64,000 nucleotides of DNA from Flaccisagitta enflata (Eukaryota). The stretch lies in the NCBI GenBank assembly GCA_965153355.1, contig OZ231126.1, forward strand, positions 45,818,001-45,882,000, read 5' to 3'. The notes below the pieces were generated by a model that did not search any database, had not been told where the DNA came from, and worked only from the letters and a program-made list of their open reading frames with translations. Shown piece after piece: positions 30,407 through 50,358 of the stretch. Position numbers and translations under genes: made by a program. The first letter of the stretch is position 1. Each line of letters starts with the position of its first letter.

Positions 30407-30706
30407 TAAAAGATGGAATCGTTTGATTCTACAAAAATTTGAAGCTTAATCCTAGAAAACACAGCTCAGACTCTTTTTCTGCAACATTTACTGCCTTTCC
30501 GTTTCGTGTTTGTTTGTTTGTTTGTTTGTTTGTTTGTTTGTTTGTTTGTTTGTTTTTCTTCCTCTCTAACCCTAAACTTAACCTTTTTTCCCTTGGCTTT
30601 CTTTCTTTATGCCTCTTATCCGTTATTTCTATAATCTCGATCAAAATTCGTCCTTTGTCCTCCGTCTCCTCTTTGCCCTCAACCCCCTTTGCCCTCATCG
30701 CGTACT

Positions 30707-30743
<37 letters not shown>

Positions 30744-31148
30744 ACACAATAGTTTTCCCATAAAAAGCTGAAACCCCCTTTGCGCCAGCGCCAGGTCTTT
30801 ACTCTCAGCGAGGCGCTGGTTTCGCGGCCTCGGCAGGTTTCTTTCTTCCAGGTGGCGGCGGAGTTTCTTCCTAAACGTCGTCATTCGTTCCTTTTGAATT
30901 TGACATCGCTTCAGCCCATCCGGTCGTTTCCTTTGATACTATATATACCAAAAACGGCGCACTTGGGTCGCCTTTTTACTACATTGTTTCGTATTCGTGG
31001 ATACGTATGGCCTGTCAGGCTAAATGCAGGTACCAAAGGTTTAGCGCGACGGCCGCCCGCGGCGCTCCAGAGGTCGAAAGGCCAAGAAAGGAAAGAGCAA
31101 CAAAAGTGCAACGTGAAAACTAGGAAACGACGAAATGGGTGGAAAGGG

Positions 31149-31207
<59 letters not shown>

Positions 31208-31373
31208 CAGAGAGAGTCAGAGAGAGAGTCAGAGACATATACAGACAGACACAGGCAGACAGAGAGACAGGCAGACAGTCAGACAGACAGACAGACAGAC
31301 AGAGATACAGGCAGTACGGCAGGCAGACGGTGCAAAATCATTCAAAGGGAAAGGCAAAAAACGGATGATATAA

Positions 31374-32175
31374 GGCAGTTTCTCCTATAAACTGGGCCGG
31401 CCAAAATCAAGCGCCTGATTGAGTTAACATTGAAAAAAATAATATAATTTAATGATAGTTGCATCTATCAGCTTGAACTTTTGATTCCAGGCTCAGAATT
31501 TGATACTCTTTTAATTCATACTGAAAAAATCATTTAAAGACTTAAACTGTGTTTAGTTATATAAATTTTTATGAAAAACAGTGTGACATAAGTGTGACAA
31601 GGTGTTAACTCGATAGGACATTTTTTTAAAAATCAATATCACCGGCTAGAATTGACATGAAGGTCTGAAATTTGGCATGTAACCTGGGTTATGTCTTTAC
31701 TAAATAGGGGGGAAAAAAATTTTTTCATCACGCTTAGAAATATGTTGTTTTGTGTATAGCATATTACTACATTAAAATTGAATATTTTATCATTTTTGAC
31801 AAATCAACTATGAGTGAACTTTTTCCATAGTAAATGACCACCGATCACCATGAAATTTTTTATGTTTCTTTAGGGATAGCAGTCATACAAAAATGACCCA
31901 TAGTTGGATAGGCTTGACAATTTCTTGGTGCCTTTATCATAGTAGATATGAAGTGTGACACAAGTGTGACAGGGAAAATAGGCTTATTTGGCTCTACTTT
32001 TGGCCACCTAACCTATCAAAATCTTGACTATGAAGGTTGTATGTTGGACACTTGGTTCCAGGAGATGTACCAGAACAGTTATCATCATCAACAAAATGAT
32101 TAATGGGAAGAAACTGTGTTTATCTGCCTACCAGATCATGTTTTTCAGCTGGCCCACTTTATAGGAGAAATTGCC
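31374..32175. mobile_element. About 800-bp MITE
   Basis: TIRs ggcagtttctcctataaactgggcc / ggcccactttataggagaaattgcc; AT-rich interior; TSD ambiguous (taa / ata). Confidence 0.75.
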
Positions 32176-32552
32176 ATAACTGAAATTTCAAAGTAGTCGC
32201 TAGCTACAGTTACCCATTTTGACACCCCACACTGTCGGTCTGTTGGTTGGTCAGTCTGTCCAGGCGTTCAATTGTTCATCTGTTCGTCTTTTTCAGCGTA
32301 AATGAGCTTATTGGCTTCACTAACTCTAAATTTTCTTGTGATTTCTTTGCCATTGCCCCTGCCCTCATGCGATGGGTCAGCCAGATATCCGGCCTTGTTT
32401 GATCACAAAACGTTCAATGAAAGATTACCAGTAAAGGCGGCTCTCGCCGACCGGAAAAAAATCATAAGATTGTTTTTGATTTTTTTTAGTTTCTTCTTTC
32501 TCCTCATTACATTCACGCGCCTCTGTGTGTGTATGTGTGTACATGTGTATGT

Positions 32553-32658
<106 letters not shown>

Positions 32659-32700
32659 AAAAAGAAAGAGAGAGACAGACACACACACACACACACACAG

Positions 32701-32732
<32 letters not shown>

Positions 32733-33185
32733 ATACACACACACAAACACCGCAGACCATCTCACATTTTTGCGACTATTTCCCCTCACTCCCTCTCTTC
32801 CTCCCTCTTTTCCTTCCTCTCTCCTTCTCTCCCTCCCTCTCTCCCTCCCTTTCTCCCTCCCTCTCTCTCTCCCTTTCTCCCTCCCTCTCTCCCTCCCTCT
32901 CTCCTGTCTTTCCCTTCCTCCCTCTCTACCTCTCTCTCTCCCTCTCTCCTTCCGTCTTTCCCTTCCTCCCTCTCTACCTCTCTCTCTCTCTCCCTCTCTC
33001 CTTCCCTCTCTCTTCACCTTTCTCCCTCCCTCTCTCCCTCCCTCCCTTTCTCCCTCCCTCTCTCCCTCCCTCTCTCCTTCCTCCCTCTCTCCCTTCTTTT
33101 CTCCCTCCCTCTCTCCCTTCTCTCTCCCTCCTCTCTCTCACTCCCTCTCTCCCTGCCTTTATCATTCCCTTTCCCTCCCCTCTCC

Positions 33186-33685
33186 TTTTTGGGCAGCGGC
33201 CCCGAAGGGGCCGATGACCTATGCTTTCACACAGGAGAAATTTCTCCTCCTTCTCCGTACCCCACTTTCAGCCTCGAGACCCAAATCCCAGCCTCGAGGC
33301 CCAAATCCCAGCCTCAAGGCCCAAATCCCAGCCTCAAGGCCCAAGTCCCAGCCTTGAGGCCCAAATCACAGCCTCAAGGCCCAAATCCCAGCCTCAAGGC
33401 CCAAATCCCAGCCTCAAGGCCCAAATCCCAGCCTCAAGGCCTAAATCCCAGCCTTGAGGCTCCAATTCCAACCTTGAGGCTCAAATCCCAGTCTCGAGGC
33501 TCAAATCCCTGCCTCTAAGCTCAAATCCCAGCTTCAAGGCCCCGATTCCAGCCTCCAGGCTCAAATAAAAACAGCATAGGTCATCGGCTCCTTCGGGGCC
33601 GCTGCCCCTCTCACCATCTCACACCCTCATACACTCACTCAGGGGCAACGGGTACCGCTGACCATCTAACGCTTTTGCGACTAGT
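33186..33685 (+). mobile_element. HINE-like element, family B, with 20-bp internal array
   Basis: ttttt, then IR gggcagcggccccgaaggggccgatgacctatgct, then (gcctcaaggcccaaatccca)n, inverted copy ending 33607, and tail gggtaccgctgaccat...gactagt. Confidence 0.75.
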
Positions 33686-33731
33686 AAACCCTGTGACAGG
33701 GTCTACTAGTCCTAAATATTTGCTTTCTTCC

Positions 33732-34139
33732 TTTTTGGGCAGCGGCCCCGAAGGGGCCGATGACCTATGCTTTCATACAGGAGAAATTTCTCCTCCTTCT
33801 TCTTCGTACCCCCCCCCGCTTTTAGCCTCGAGACCCAAATCCCAGCCTCGAGGCCCAAATCAGAGCCTCGAGGCCCAAATCCCAGCCTCGAGGCCCAAAT
33901 CCCAGCCTCAAGGCCCAAATCCCAGCCTCGAGGCCCAAATCCCAGCCTCAAGGCCCAAATCCCCGCCTTTGCGCTCAAATCCCAGCCTCCATGTCCTAAT
34001 TCCATCCTTGAGGCCCAAATAACAACAGCATAGGTCATCGGCCCCTTCGGGGCCGCTGCCCCTCTAACCACCTTACACCCACATACACTCACATAGGGGC
34101 AACGGGTACCGCTGACCATCTAACGCTTTTGCGACTATT
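33732..34139 (+). mobile_element. HINE-like element, family B, second adjacent copy
   Basis: Same IRs, array and 3' tail as 33186-33685. Confidence 0.75.
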
Positions 34140-34527
34140 CCCTCCTTCCCTTTCCTTATCCCTATTCCTCTTTCTCCCTCCCTCTCCCTCCCTCTCACTC
34201 TCCCTCATTCCCTCCTTCCCTCCTTCCCTCTCTCCCTCTCACTCCCTCCATCTCATTCCCTCCATCTCCGTCCCTCTCTCCTTTTCCCTCCCTCTTTCTC
34301 CCTTCCTTTCTCTCCCCCTCCCTCCCTCCCTCTCCTCACTCCCTCTCCCTCCCTCCCTCCCTCACCCTCCCTCCCTCCCTCTGCCCTTTGCTGAACTCAT
34401 TTTTGTTGTATGTTTGCTCCAAAAATTGAGATCGATGAAAAATATCAATCTCAGAGAAATATACAGAAAATATGAAAAAATAAAAAAAGATTAAAAAATT
34501 CTGAATCGCAATTCCCGCCGTAACGCC

Positions 34528-34857
34528 CTGCTTGAATTGACATGCCCCTGGGATTTGAATGTTACCAATGCCCACAGATATAAAGAGGAGAAATATGCCT
34601 CACTCGTAGCTGATCTAGCGCAAGATTTTAAGGTTTTTCATTACTCAGTTGAAATTTCAGTCCGTGGTCAAGTTTCTAAGGAAAATCGTTCTCGGCTCAA
34701 AACTTTGGCTTACGAATTCTGTCACGAGTCAAAACTTGTTACCCACTTGCTAATTAATTACGGCTCAAAGGCTGCGTTACTTGGCTCATTTAGTCTTTTT
34801 TCCGCGAGAAATGAGCCGTCTTGGGCATCCCCAAGACACATAATAGTAAACTCATGA
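34528..34857 (+). mobile_element. 3' fragment of an RLE-type (R2/NeSL-like) non-LTR retrotransposon
   Basis: LLELTCPWDLNVTNAHRYKEEKYASL...SVEISVRG matches the ELTxPW...K..KY..L...VEV..RG pattern of restriction-like endonuclease domains. Confidence 0.7.
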
Positions 34858-35858
34858 TTACTGTTTTCCATTGATGTTATTTTATTTATAGTATGGCTTT
34901 GCTATGATCTGTATCAGTCTTTTTATTGTCTCATGGCTATATTCTTAAACTGATAATCTGCTGAGCTTTGCCTTGCTTTCTGTTATATTTTTCATGAAAA
35001 TATAATCCTACTACTTGGTCCGACAGTGCCCTGCTTTTTTCCAGAAGGTGTAAAAAAGTGCCCTTTTTCACCCTGTACCAATTTCAACCCCAGCCTTGGG
35101 CGAGCCTAGTCGTGACTCAACTTCCGCAAAACGCCCCAAGCGAAAATGGAAAAAATTAATTCCTAAGCGAAACTCAAAAAATCGAAAAACTTTTTTCGAT
35201 TTTTTTCCCAATAACAGTTCTACGTCACGAGATCCCCTTAAATCAGATTTCCTAGAATTACAAAAAAATCTGGAACCAAAATATTTTAAGTAATCTTACA
35301 TGATTGCGTGCAAACAAGAGACCGAGGAGTACCAAGATTTCTCAGAATATTTACTGCCGAGTATTTCATATTTCATAGTTTGACGCAACTTGGACTCTGT
35401 CCTCTTGGCTTGTTCAAAATACATAAAATTACAATTCTATTCACTCTTCTTCACGTTTCGTTAAATTCTTCCGTTTTGTCTAAGTCGTTATCTGCGTATC
35501 TAATCAGCCTCAATCTTTGTAGACGTATACTTCAGCAACGAGCGACTCGTCGGTTTCTCGAATTTTCTTCAAAGATTGATAGAGAGGTTGGTATTTTTCA
35601 TCATCATTAAATTTCATCATCGATAAGAATACATACTTTGATGGTTACTTACTAGGGACCGAACTTCCTCTGGATATCGACCCGACTGTAACGCCGAGAA
35701 GACAAATGCATTTTTTTCTCGATGAAGCATGGGCGTCAGCATATGTCAGGAGATTTCTCTTACTTAATGTTCTTTTTCTCATATCTTTTTAGTCGTGGAC
35801 ATCGGCCTCAATCAAACGTATACGAACAACATCTACCGAAGAATCTGCAGGTTTTAGG

Positions 35859-41477
<5,619 letters not shown>

Positions 41478-42689
41478 AGCTGATAAATTGGATCTTTTGG
41501 GAGGCCTGGGTGCCAAGATGGGAACAACAATTCTTTCTTCGTCTCAGGCGGAACTGAGCAACTGTTTGATATTATGAAAATATTCATCCCAACCAGCTGA
41601 AAAACACTGGGCATCCCTAGCTTTAACCAGCTTTGTAAAAAATCATATCTAAGGAAAATTCAATGAACTGAAATTAACTTTCTCAAATTCAAAGGATTAT
41701 ACGATCTTTTATTCCTCGCGAAGACAGGACACTAAATTTGGCAATACAGACCATCAAGTACTTTGAGGCCAAAATCATTCCTATACATTTTCTATGGGAA
41801 ATCAGGGGGGTGGAGGGCTAGGCTGAAACTGTTCCAAAGGCCCTGAAACTTGGCATACTATCTATTCTTATCATATTATGACATTTCCTTCATCTGCAAC
41901 TTGATCTGTTGACTAAAGTGCATTTCCCCCACCCCTATTGTTCATAGAAAAAAAAACGTTTCATTTATCAGTGACTGAAGTGACAATACAATTACACCTT
42001 GCAATCCTATGATGGATAAAAAATCTTGGTCCCTCCATTTTCTTTTTTCATCTAACATTGCCAGAGATGTGGGTAAAACTGATACAATTTTTGGTGTCTT
42101 GACATCCATATTTTGCAAGGTTCACCTGTAGATTAGTTTATTGTCTCCTTGTCTGAAATATTTTTTTTTTCTTGAATGATTCAAATCTTGATTAACTTTT
42201 TGTCGATTCCGTAATTAACAGTGGACATGAAGCACAATGCCCCGTAGTTAGTAAAATAAATGGTTCCTTGCTATTCTAAAATGTCTATTGAGCATTGCTT
42301 TTTAATTATGCTGTGATCATTAAAGAAACATGCAAATCCAAAGATGAAAGTTGAAGACAATTTTTCCTCGAGAATAACCGGTCATTTTTTGATGTACCAA
42401 GAACGACGCGAGCTTTTCAGCAAAAATATGGACTCCCATATCTGTGACGATCATGCTCTAACTAGTTTTGCCAGACAAACAAAAATGTCAATACAGATTT
42501 CAACGCGACTAAGCAAGCTGTGTACTGTCCTCCACGTAAGCGAGGGAAAATTAGACTGTCCCTTAGCTAACTCCATGCCAATTACCTGTAGCATGTAGGA
42601 CGGACTGCATATGTTCACAATCAAGCGTATGATTCCACCAATCCTTGACAGTGTGACGAGTACAAGTATTCAACGCGTGCTTCCTGCGT

Positions 42690-42762
<73 letters not shown>

Positions 42763-42791
42763 AAATGCCTGATTGACAGACGGGCTGACAG

Positions 42792-43202
42792 CAATGCCTT
42801 GCGGGACCCCATAGGCAGGGTCGGCCGGTCCCTCGGCACGGCAGGGCTGGATACCGGAGGTCGGGAGATCGATACGGGCAGGGGCAGTACTGGGGCTCGG
42901 TATAGGGTCTTGGTACTAGGTAATGATACAAAAAATCTGAGACAATAATATTCTTCACATTCTTTTTGAAATACTGTTGAAAATCATTACCTTACAATGA
43001 AAAAAAGAGAAAAAAGAAAAAAACAACCTGAAATAATAATAAGAAAAAAAAAAGCAGAATGTGCTGCAATTTTAGTTACTCATTTGTTTTTAGTTTTAAT
43101 TTAGTTTGAGATGTTTGGTTGGCGATGACCGGAAGTGAAGATGATCCCCAATCGCGATACCTGATTATTCCTTGCCATTCACTGTCTTTGACTTTTTTCC
43201 TT

Positions 43203-43293
<91 letters not shown>

Positions 43294-44015
43294 GAGAGAA
43301 AAGAGAGAGAAAAGAGAGAGAAAAGAGAAAGAAAAGAGAGAGAAAGAGAAAGTGAGGAAAAAAACTAATTCATTTCAGCGATTCTTCCATTATGATCCTT
43401 AAAATCTCGAGCATATGGGAGAATAAATAATCATTTGAAAATGTGTTGTTAAATTATTTCAAGACAAAAAATATATTTATATTTTTCACTGAAATGTATA
43501 TGCAAATAAATTTGAAAAAAAAAGAAAAAATAGGAAGAAAATAAAAGATGCAAAAAATGACAATAACAGAAAATATAGAATATAAAACAAATTAAAGCAA
43601 TTAGAAAAACAAAAGTACAATATAATATTCAAGAAAAATGGAAAAACAAAAACTGAAAAAAAAAAGAAAAAAAGAATGAAGAGATAAAATGAAACATAAA
43701 AAGTAAAAAATGAGAAACTTCAAAAAAGAATAAAAAAAAAGTTAAGTCCATACAATTTATTTATAAAAGTTATCATTTTTGTTTATAATTCCAAAATGAT
43801 CGCAGAATATTCCCCATGAATGAAAGAAAAGATATGGAAAAAAAAACTATTGGATAGATAAGGAGGGGGAGACGGAGGAAGACGAGGAGGAGGAGGAGGA
43901 GGAGGAGGAGGAGGAAGAGGCAGAGGGCCGGGATAAGCATCGGGTCCCGGGAATTCGGGACAAGGTGATGTCCCGGCAGGTCGGGGCCTCGGGACCCAAG
44001 TCCCGCCAGGCATTG
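42792..44015. mobile_element. hAT-type MITE
   Basis: TIRs caatgccttgcgggac / gtcccgccaggcattg (15/16) with a perfect 8-bp TSD GCTGACAG at 42784-42791 and 44016-44023; GC-rich subterminal regions. Confidence 0.9.
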
Positions 44016-44492
44016 GCTGACAGTAAATTTTATAAACAGCCAGACTGTTAAATTAACCAACAGAGAGTCGCAGTGAAAGATTGACCAATTCGCAGAGAGA
44101 AAAACTGACAAATAGTGAAAGCAAATTTCCTGAGCTGTCCTTGATATTCACTCAATTTTCACGCCAATACGAGCAAAAGATTCTGATGTACGCGCACTTG
44201 TTAGTATAATGAAAGCTTACAGTAATACGTACGCTTTCAAGTTCACTTTTGGTGGTGACCGTGGTGTACACTCTACCCTGTAAAGGAAAGTACAGGTTGT
44301 GGTGGCATTAAGCTGTTGAGTGAATCATTTCGTTCTGAAATTGTTCTATTGACAACTCTTTCACACCGTCCAAGAAAGACTGGCTGATAAAGTTGCGTGT
44401 ACGCCACAAAGGGGCAGAGAGATTTCTGAGAATTACTGTTACTAAGTATTTCACTTTGCACTATTGCCTAGTTTAAAGTAACTCGAGCTCGA

Positions 44493-44545
<53 letters not shown>

Positions 44546-44874
44546 GTATTTCATAGATGAACGGGGGAAGGAGCCCATATCTCGAGGTTGAAAAAATGGG
44601 GAGAGAGACAACAGATGTAACTCTCTTAAAGGTCTCGAGCTTATGAGCAGGTTCCAACAGGACTGGGAAGCTGTCTAGAGACATACTCGAGATAAGGAGG
44701 AGGGTAAAAATGATGACAGAGTGGAGGGTTTTATGCAGATTACCAAACCAGAGCTTGAAAAAAATGTATCTCTAGGTATTTAGTTGTTGTACGTTCTTTT
44801 TATTTAGTAGAAGACGGTTTATCATTTTTCATTTTCCTCTCTTGAATTTCATATCTACCATTTCATTTTTCATT

Positions 44875-44878
44875 CTCT

Positions 44879-44952
<74 letters not shown>

Positions 44953-45090
44953 TTCAATTTTCATTTATCAATTTCATATTTCACTTTTCACTTTTTACTT
45001 TTTACTTTTTACTTTTTACTTTTTACTTTTTACTTTTTACTTTTTACTTTTTACTTTTTACTTTTTATTTTTCATTTTTCATTTTTCAAT
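44875..45090. repeat. Compound hexamer microsatellite (TTTCCA)n then (TTTTAC)n
   Basis: Read directly from the sequence. Confidence 0.9.
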
Positions 45091-46637
45091 TTGCATTTTC
45101 TAATCTTCTCATTCTTCTCACTTTTTTACCATATTACTTTTTTTTATACTTTTCTTTTTTCCGATTTTGTTTCAATCATTGTATATTTCAAATACTAACA
45201 AATAGCTAAGCAAACCACTTCACAGATTTTTTCATACATATATTCTCAATATAGTGAAAATTAAAAAGCCACAAAAAATCTTAGATAGTTTTTTTTCCTG
45301 ATGAGTTTGGTTAAATCCATCCTCTAAAAGGAAAAAAAAACATAAAATTGAAGTGATAATAAGTGATCATGAAGTTGACCTAAGGCCCTCGTGATCAAAT
45401 TGACATAGAGTCATAGACCTCCTCTCACTCTTAGAGAGATTCTGTCAAGTTGATAAAAAATGCTCCGGAAGAAGAAGATAAAGAAGAAGAAGAAGAAGAA
45501 GAAGAAGAAGAAGAAGAAGAAGAAGAAGAAGAAGAAGAAGAAGAAGAAGAAGAAGAAGAAGAAGAAGGAAAAGAAAAAACAATTTATTGAAAAGAACAAA
45601 AGGATAAATGGATGGAAGAACCATCCCTACACCCTACATACAGCAACTTCGCAATTTCATCGTAATGTAGGCGCGAATCAGTAGAGAAACAAACATGATT
45701 AAAAGATTGGGGGATTTTAGTAAAAACATTTTAACCTTAAACTCTTTGGATTAATGATAAAACAAACCAAAGCCAAAGCACCTCTTTTACTAGCTAAGTA
45801 CGTCGGTCGGTCGGTCGGTCGGTCGGTTGGTCAGTAGGTAGGCTGGTTAGTCAGTTGATAACGCAAATGTTTAACAATCCACTTTGCAAATGTTTTTGCC
45901 TATTTAACCTTGCCCTTCTTCGTCGTGACTCAACACCTTACCATGTCGGTCTGTCTGTCTTTATGTCCCTCCGCCCATACCTTCGTCTGTCTGTACGGTA
46001 ACTTCTTCCATGGTCACATTGATGAAAAATCCATTGTTCATTGAATATATGGCCCAGATAAAACATAGCATAGGTTTGGTTTCAGCAATGATTGAGCTAT
46101 CGAGGTTAATTACAAAATTGATCGATAGATAGTTGATTTTTTTTGGAATGATGCCAGACAGATACCCAGGCAGATGGATCTTCTTCTTCTTCTTCCTCTT
46201 CTTCTCTTCTTCTTCTTCTTCTTCTTCTTCTTCTTCTTCTTTTTCTTCTTCTTCTTCTCCTTCTTCTCCTTCTTCTTCTTCTTCTTCTTCTTCTTCTTCT
46301 TCCTTTACATCTTCTCTTTCTTCCTCTTCTACTTCTTCATCTTTTACCGCTACTTCTTTTTCTCTTCTCCCTCTTTTTCACTGGCAACAGAAAAAAGACC
46401 GATGAAACATCGATAGTTAAATGACCTAGAAAGAAAACTTGGAGTCATTGTGAATCAAAACTGACCAAGACCCAAAACAATTAAGTGGCGGTAGGTAGGA
46501 ACAACCATCGAATCATTCAATCATTAAAACATTAAAGACAATGGAAGGACAATGCAGTGGCCAGCGGCAATCATGAACCGTTGAAGCTTGAATCAACGAT
46601 ACATTTTGATCATCTTGATCATCGAAAGTTCCGATGG

Positions 46638-46638
46638 C

Positions 46639-46733
<95 letters not shown>

Positions 46734-46925
46734 CGACGACGGGAGGGAGTTAGCTCAGTGGTAGAGAGTAGACTTGTGATCCTCTGGGTCACAAGTTCGA
46801 TTTCCATCTGACATTGCCCGATGATTGCGCCAAATTTGTGGGCACATAGCCTCTCCTTACATTGTAAGTGAAGCTGAACGTAATTCAATCGACAACCGGA
46901 CATGATTCTTCCGGACACAACAACC

Positions 46926-47020
<95 letters not shown>

Positions 47021-47059
47021 AACAACGACGACGACGACGACGAAGACGACGACGACAAT

Positions 47060-47092
<33 letters not shown>

Positions 47093-47117
47093 GACAACAA
47101 CAACGACAACAACAACG

Positions 47118-47178
<61 letters not shown>

Positions 47179-47312
47179 AAACAACAAAAACAACAAAAAT
47201 AACAAAAACAACAAAACAACAAAAACAACAAAAACAACAAAAACAACAAAAACAACAAAAACAACAAAAACAACAAAAACAACAAAAACAACAACAACAA
47301 CGACAACAACAA
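46638..47312. repeat. Compound (CAA)n/(GAC)n/(AAAACAACA)n microsatellite
   Basis: Read directly from the sequence; interrupted by the SINE at 46741-46920. Confidence 0.9.
46741..46920 (+). mobile_element. tRNA-derived SINE (Pol III A and B boxes) within a trinucleotide microsatellite
   Basis: A box tagctcagtgg (46751) and B box gttcgatttcc (46795) at tRNA spacing, no acceptor stem, about 110 bp of body, then a (CAA)/(GAC)n run. Confidence 0.65.
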
Positions 47313-47518
47313 TATAATTTTTTTCCATTTTTTTCCTTTTGTACCAAAAACAGATATTGAGTAGGAATTGAGTAACAATTGAGTAACAATTGAGTAAGAA
47401 ATGCGCCCTTACTTGAGGAAAAAAAGTTTCTTTTTTTTTTATGATGTGGTAACTAAATTGATAAACCGAAGATTTGAGGAGAGTTTTTGCAAGTAACACT
47501 TTGTTCAGAAAATCACTT

Positions 47519-47880
47519 TTTAGTCGCGTGCTATGCGACTCTACACCCTGCTTGGTCCTTCCGTCCATTTGATGGTTGGTCGGTCCTCATTTGACTTTTT
47601 CGGTGTTTTTGAGCCTTTTGAACTCAATGCTCCTGCCAAACACAATAGCCGTGTATCCGGTTTTGTTACAGAACAAGGCTGGATACACGGCTACCGAAGT
47701 CCATATGGGTGGGCAGGGGCCATATTTGAGGTCACCAGGCTATTTGGGCAAGAGCAGTGAGGTCAAAGAAATAAAATCATAAAAAAAGAAAAGTGTGACC
47801 GACTGACCAACCGACCAATCAACCGACAAACCGACCGACAGACAAAGCGGATTGTAGAGTCGCGTGCACGCGACTGAAAA
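47519..47880. mobile_element. Two family A HINE-like copies in tail-to-tail inverted orientation
   Basis: + copy at 47519-47667 and - copy at 47672-47880, separated by 4 bp. Confidence 0.75.
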
Positions 47881-48545
47881 TTAAAACTACAAACAATAGA
47901 CAATAATGTGTAAATACTAGGTGCCTTTAGTGAACCATATTTTGGTATTTAGATCGATTCAGCAGGAAAATGGATATCCATATTAGAATATTGGTGTTGT
48001 TCCTCGACCCCATATTAGAATAATAGTGTTGTTCCTTGACCCTTGTCTGTTAATAATAGTTGTAGAAAAGACGCACATTGGAAAAGTGAGTCCTAAGGCA
48101 TTACCTTTCATATTGCGATGGCAATTGGAGAGGCAGAGAATGAGAGTACAACTGACTAACAACCACTTTCGAAGGTCATTGCAGTCAACTACAGTACATA
48201 TGTTTTTTTTTTTCGAGTGCAACATTACATGACGGCATAACTCCAAAAGTAATAGAGATAAATGAATTCTGAAAAAAAATATGCCTTAAAGCTGATGGTG
48301 ATGCATATTATACAAATTATGCCGTTATGTAACGTTGCATTCGTAAAAAACATTCTTTATCTCATAGATGGCATCGCTCTGAGTTAAATGATCACTGCAA
48401 GATTTCCAAACATTTTTGTGAATAGTCATTTTTCTAAACCGTTCTTTCCTTATTGCACAGTCGGCTACACAGCAAATAAACCCGCATTTTTTGCCAAATT
48501 TTTATAGAATTTAAAATGTAGAGCTACTGAATGAAAAACATGGTT

Positions 48546-49203
48546 AACTAGTCATCCAAGGATCGCACATGGTCAGCGGTACCCGATGCCCTGCTAGGAG
48601 TGATCAACTGAAGAAGTATAGTGAGAGCAGGGCAGCGGCCCCAAAGGGCCGATGTCCTGTAGGACACAGGGGTGAATTTCCAGACGTCCTTAGAAGGCAC
48701 ATTAAAGGGCTGACATGCTTGATTTTGAGCCTGACAAGGCTGATTTAGGGTATTAGAGAGCTAATTTTGGAGCTGAAAGGGCTGATTTTGGGCCTGAGAG
48801 GACTGATTTTGGGCCTGAGAGAGCTGATTTTGGGCTTGAGAGGGCTGATTTTGGGCTTGAGAGGGCTGATTTGGGGCTAATTTGGAGCTAATTTTGGAGC
48901 TGAAAGAGCTGATTTTGGGCCTGAGAGGGCTGATTTTGAGTCTGAGAGGGCTGATTTTGGGCCTGAGAGGGCTGATTTTGGGCTTGAGAGGGCTGATTTT
49001 GGGCTTGAGAGGGCTGATTTTGGGCCTGAGAGGGCTGATTTTGGGCTTGAGAGGGCTGATTTTGGGCTTGAGAGGGCTGATTTGGGGTCTGAGAGGGGCC
49101 TCGGGGGGGGGGACGTACGTACGGACGGACGTACGTACGGACGTCTGGAAATTCACCCCTGTGTCCTACAGGACATCGGCCCTTTAGGGCCGCTGCCCAA
49201 AAA
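48546..49203 (-). mobile_element. HINE-like element, family B variant with 21-bp array
   Basis: About 60-bp IR (48630-48689 / 49139-49198) around (ggcttgagagggctgattttg)n; reverse-complement tail aactagtcatccaaggatcgcacatggtcagcggtaccc. Confidence 0.75.
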
Positions 49204-49430
49204 GGCTGCGTAAGAAATCAATTCTATTCAAATACTCGCTTTCTGAAGATGATGTGAAGCTATTTTTTATGAATTGACTACTTCTCCAAGGAAATGAAAG
49301 CCATTATGCAAATTGGAGTCATGATCTTTTAAAACAAAAGACACCTCGATTTCTGTTATGTCTAAAATGCATGAGTGTGTGTGATTGGGTCCACGGTTTC
49401 TTATCTGTATTCATGTGTGTGTGTGTTTGT

Positions 49431-49515
<85 letters not shown>

Positions 49516-50269
49516 TGTGTCTGTTTGTGTGTCTGTTTGTGTGGTTGAATTACAAGAATGAATCAATTTGTCTATCTCAAACATGATTTGCGAAGCAAGA
49601 AATTGTAAAGCGCCTCTTTAGTAGCGTCATTGCATCTCTATAAGAGGGTCTGTGGGTCGGTCGGTCAGTCTGTCCATCCATCCATCCGTCCATCCACCCG
49701 TCCATCTGTCCATCCGTCCATCCGTCCGTCCGTCCATCCATCCGTCTGTTGGTCCATCCACCCATCCGTCCGTTCTCCGATCTGTCCATTACGCATCTTG
49801 TGATATCATGCAGATGACGCATCAAGTTGCCCGCCCGGGCTTGTTTAAGGAATATTTAGCCAGTGAATGTTGCTGTTGAGCTCTCACTCTTTGCTGGCTC
49901 TGAGAAGGAGAAGCAGAAGAAGCAGAGAAAGAAAAAGAAGAAAGAGTAAAAGAAGAAGAAAGAGAAGAAGAAGAAGAAAGCGAAGAAGAAGAAGAAGAAG
50001 AGGAGGAAGAAGAAGAAGAAGAAGAAGAAGAAGAAGAAGAAGAAGAAGAAGAAGAAGAAGAAGAAGACAAAGATAAGAGAATCATCGTGGGTGATTGAGA
50101 GGAAATAATCGAGCCGCGTGTACACCACGAGGGAAGAGCCCATTCTTCCCCTCTCTTCTTCTCTTTCTCGAGACCCCTCTCTTCTCCCTCTTTTTGTCTC
50201 TATCCTGCCTCGTTCCTCCCTCTCTTTGTCTCTAGACACCCTCTAGACACAGGCTCTATTTAGATAGCC

Positions 50270-50358
<89 letters not shown>

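Noticed and set aside
46744-46815. Functional tRNA gene
   Set aside because: The acceptor and T stems do not pair; only the Pol III boxes remain.
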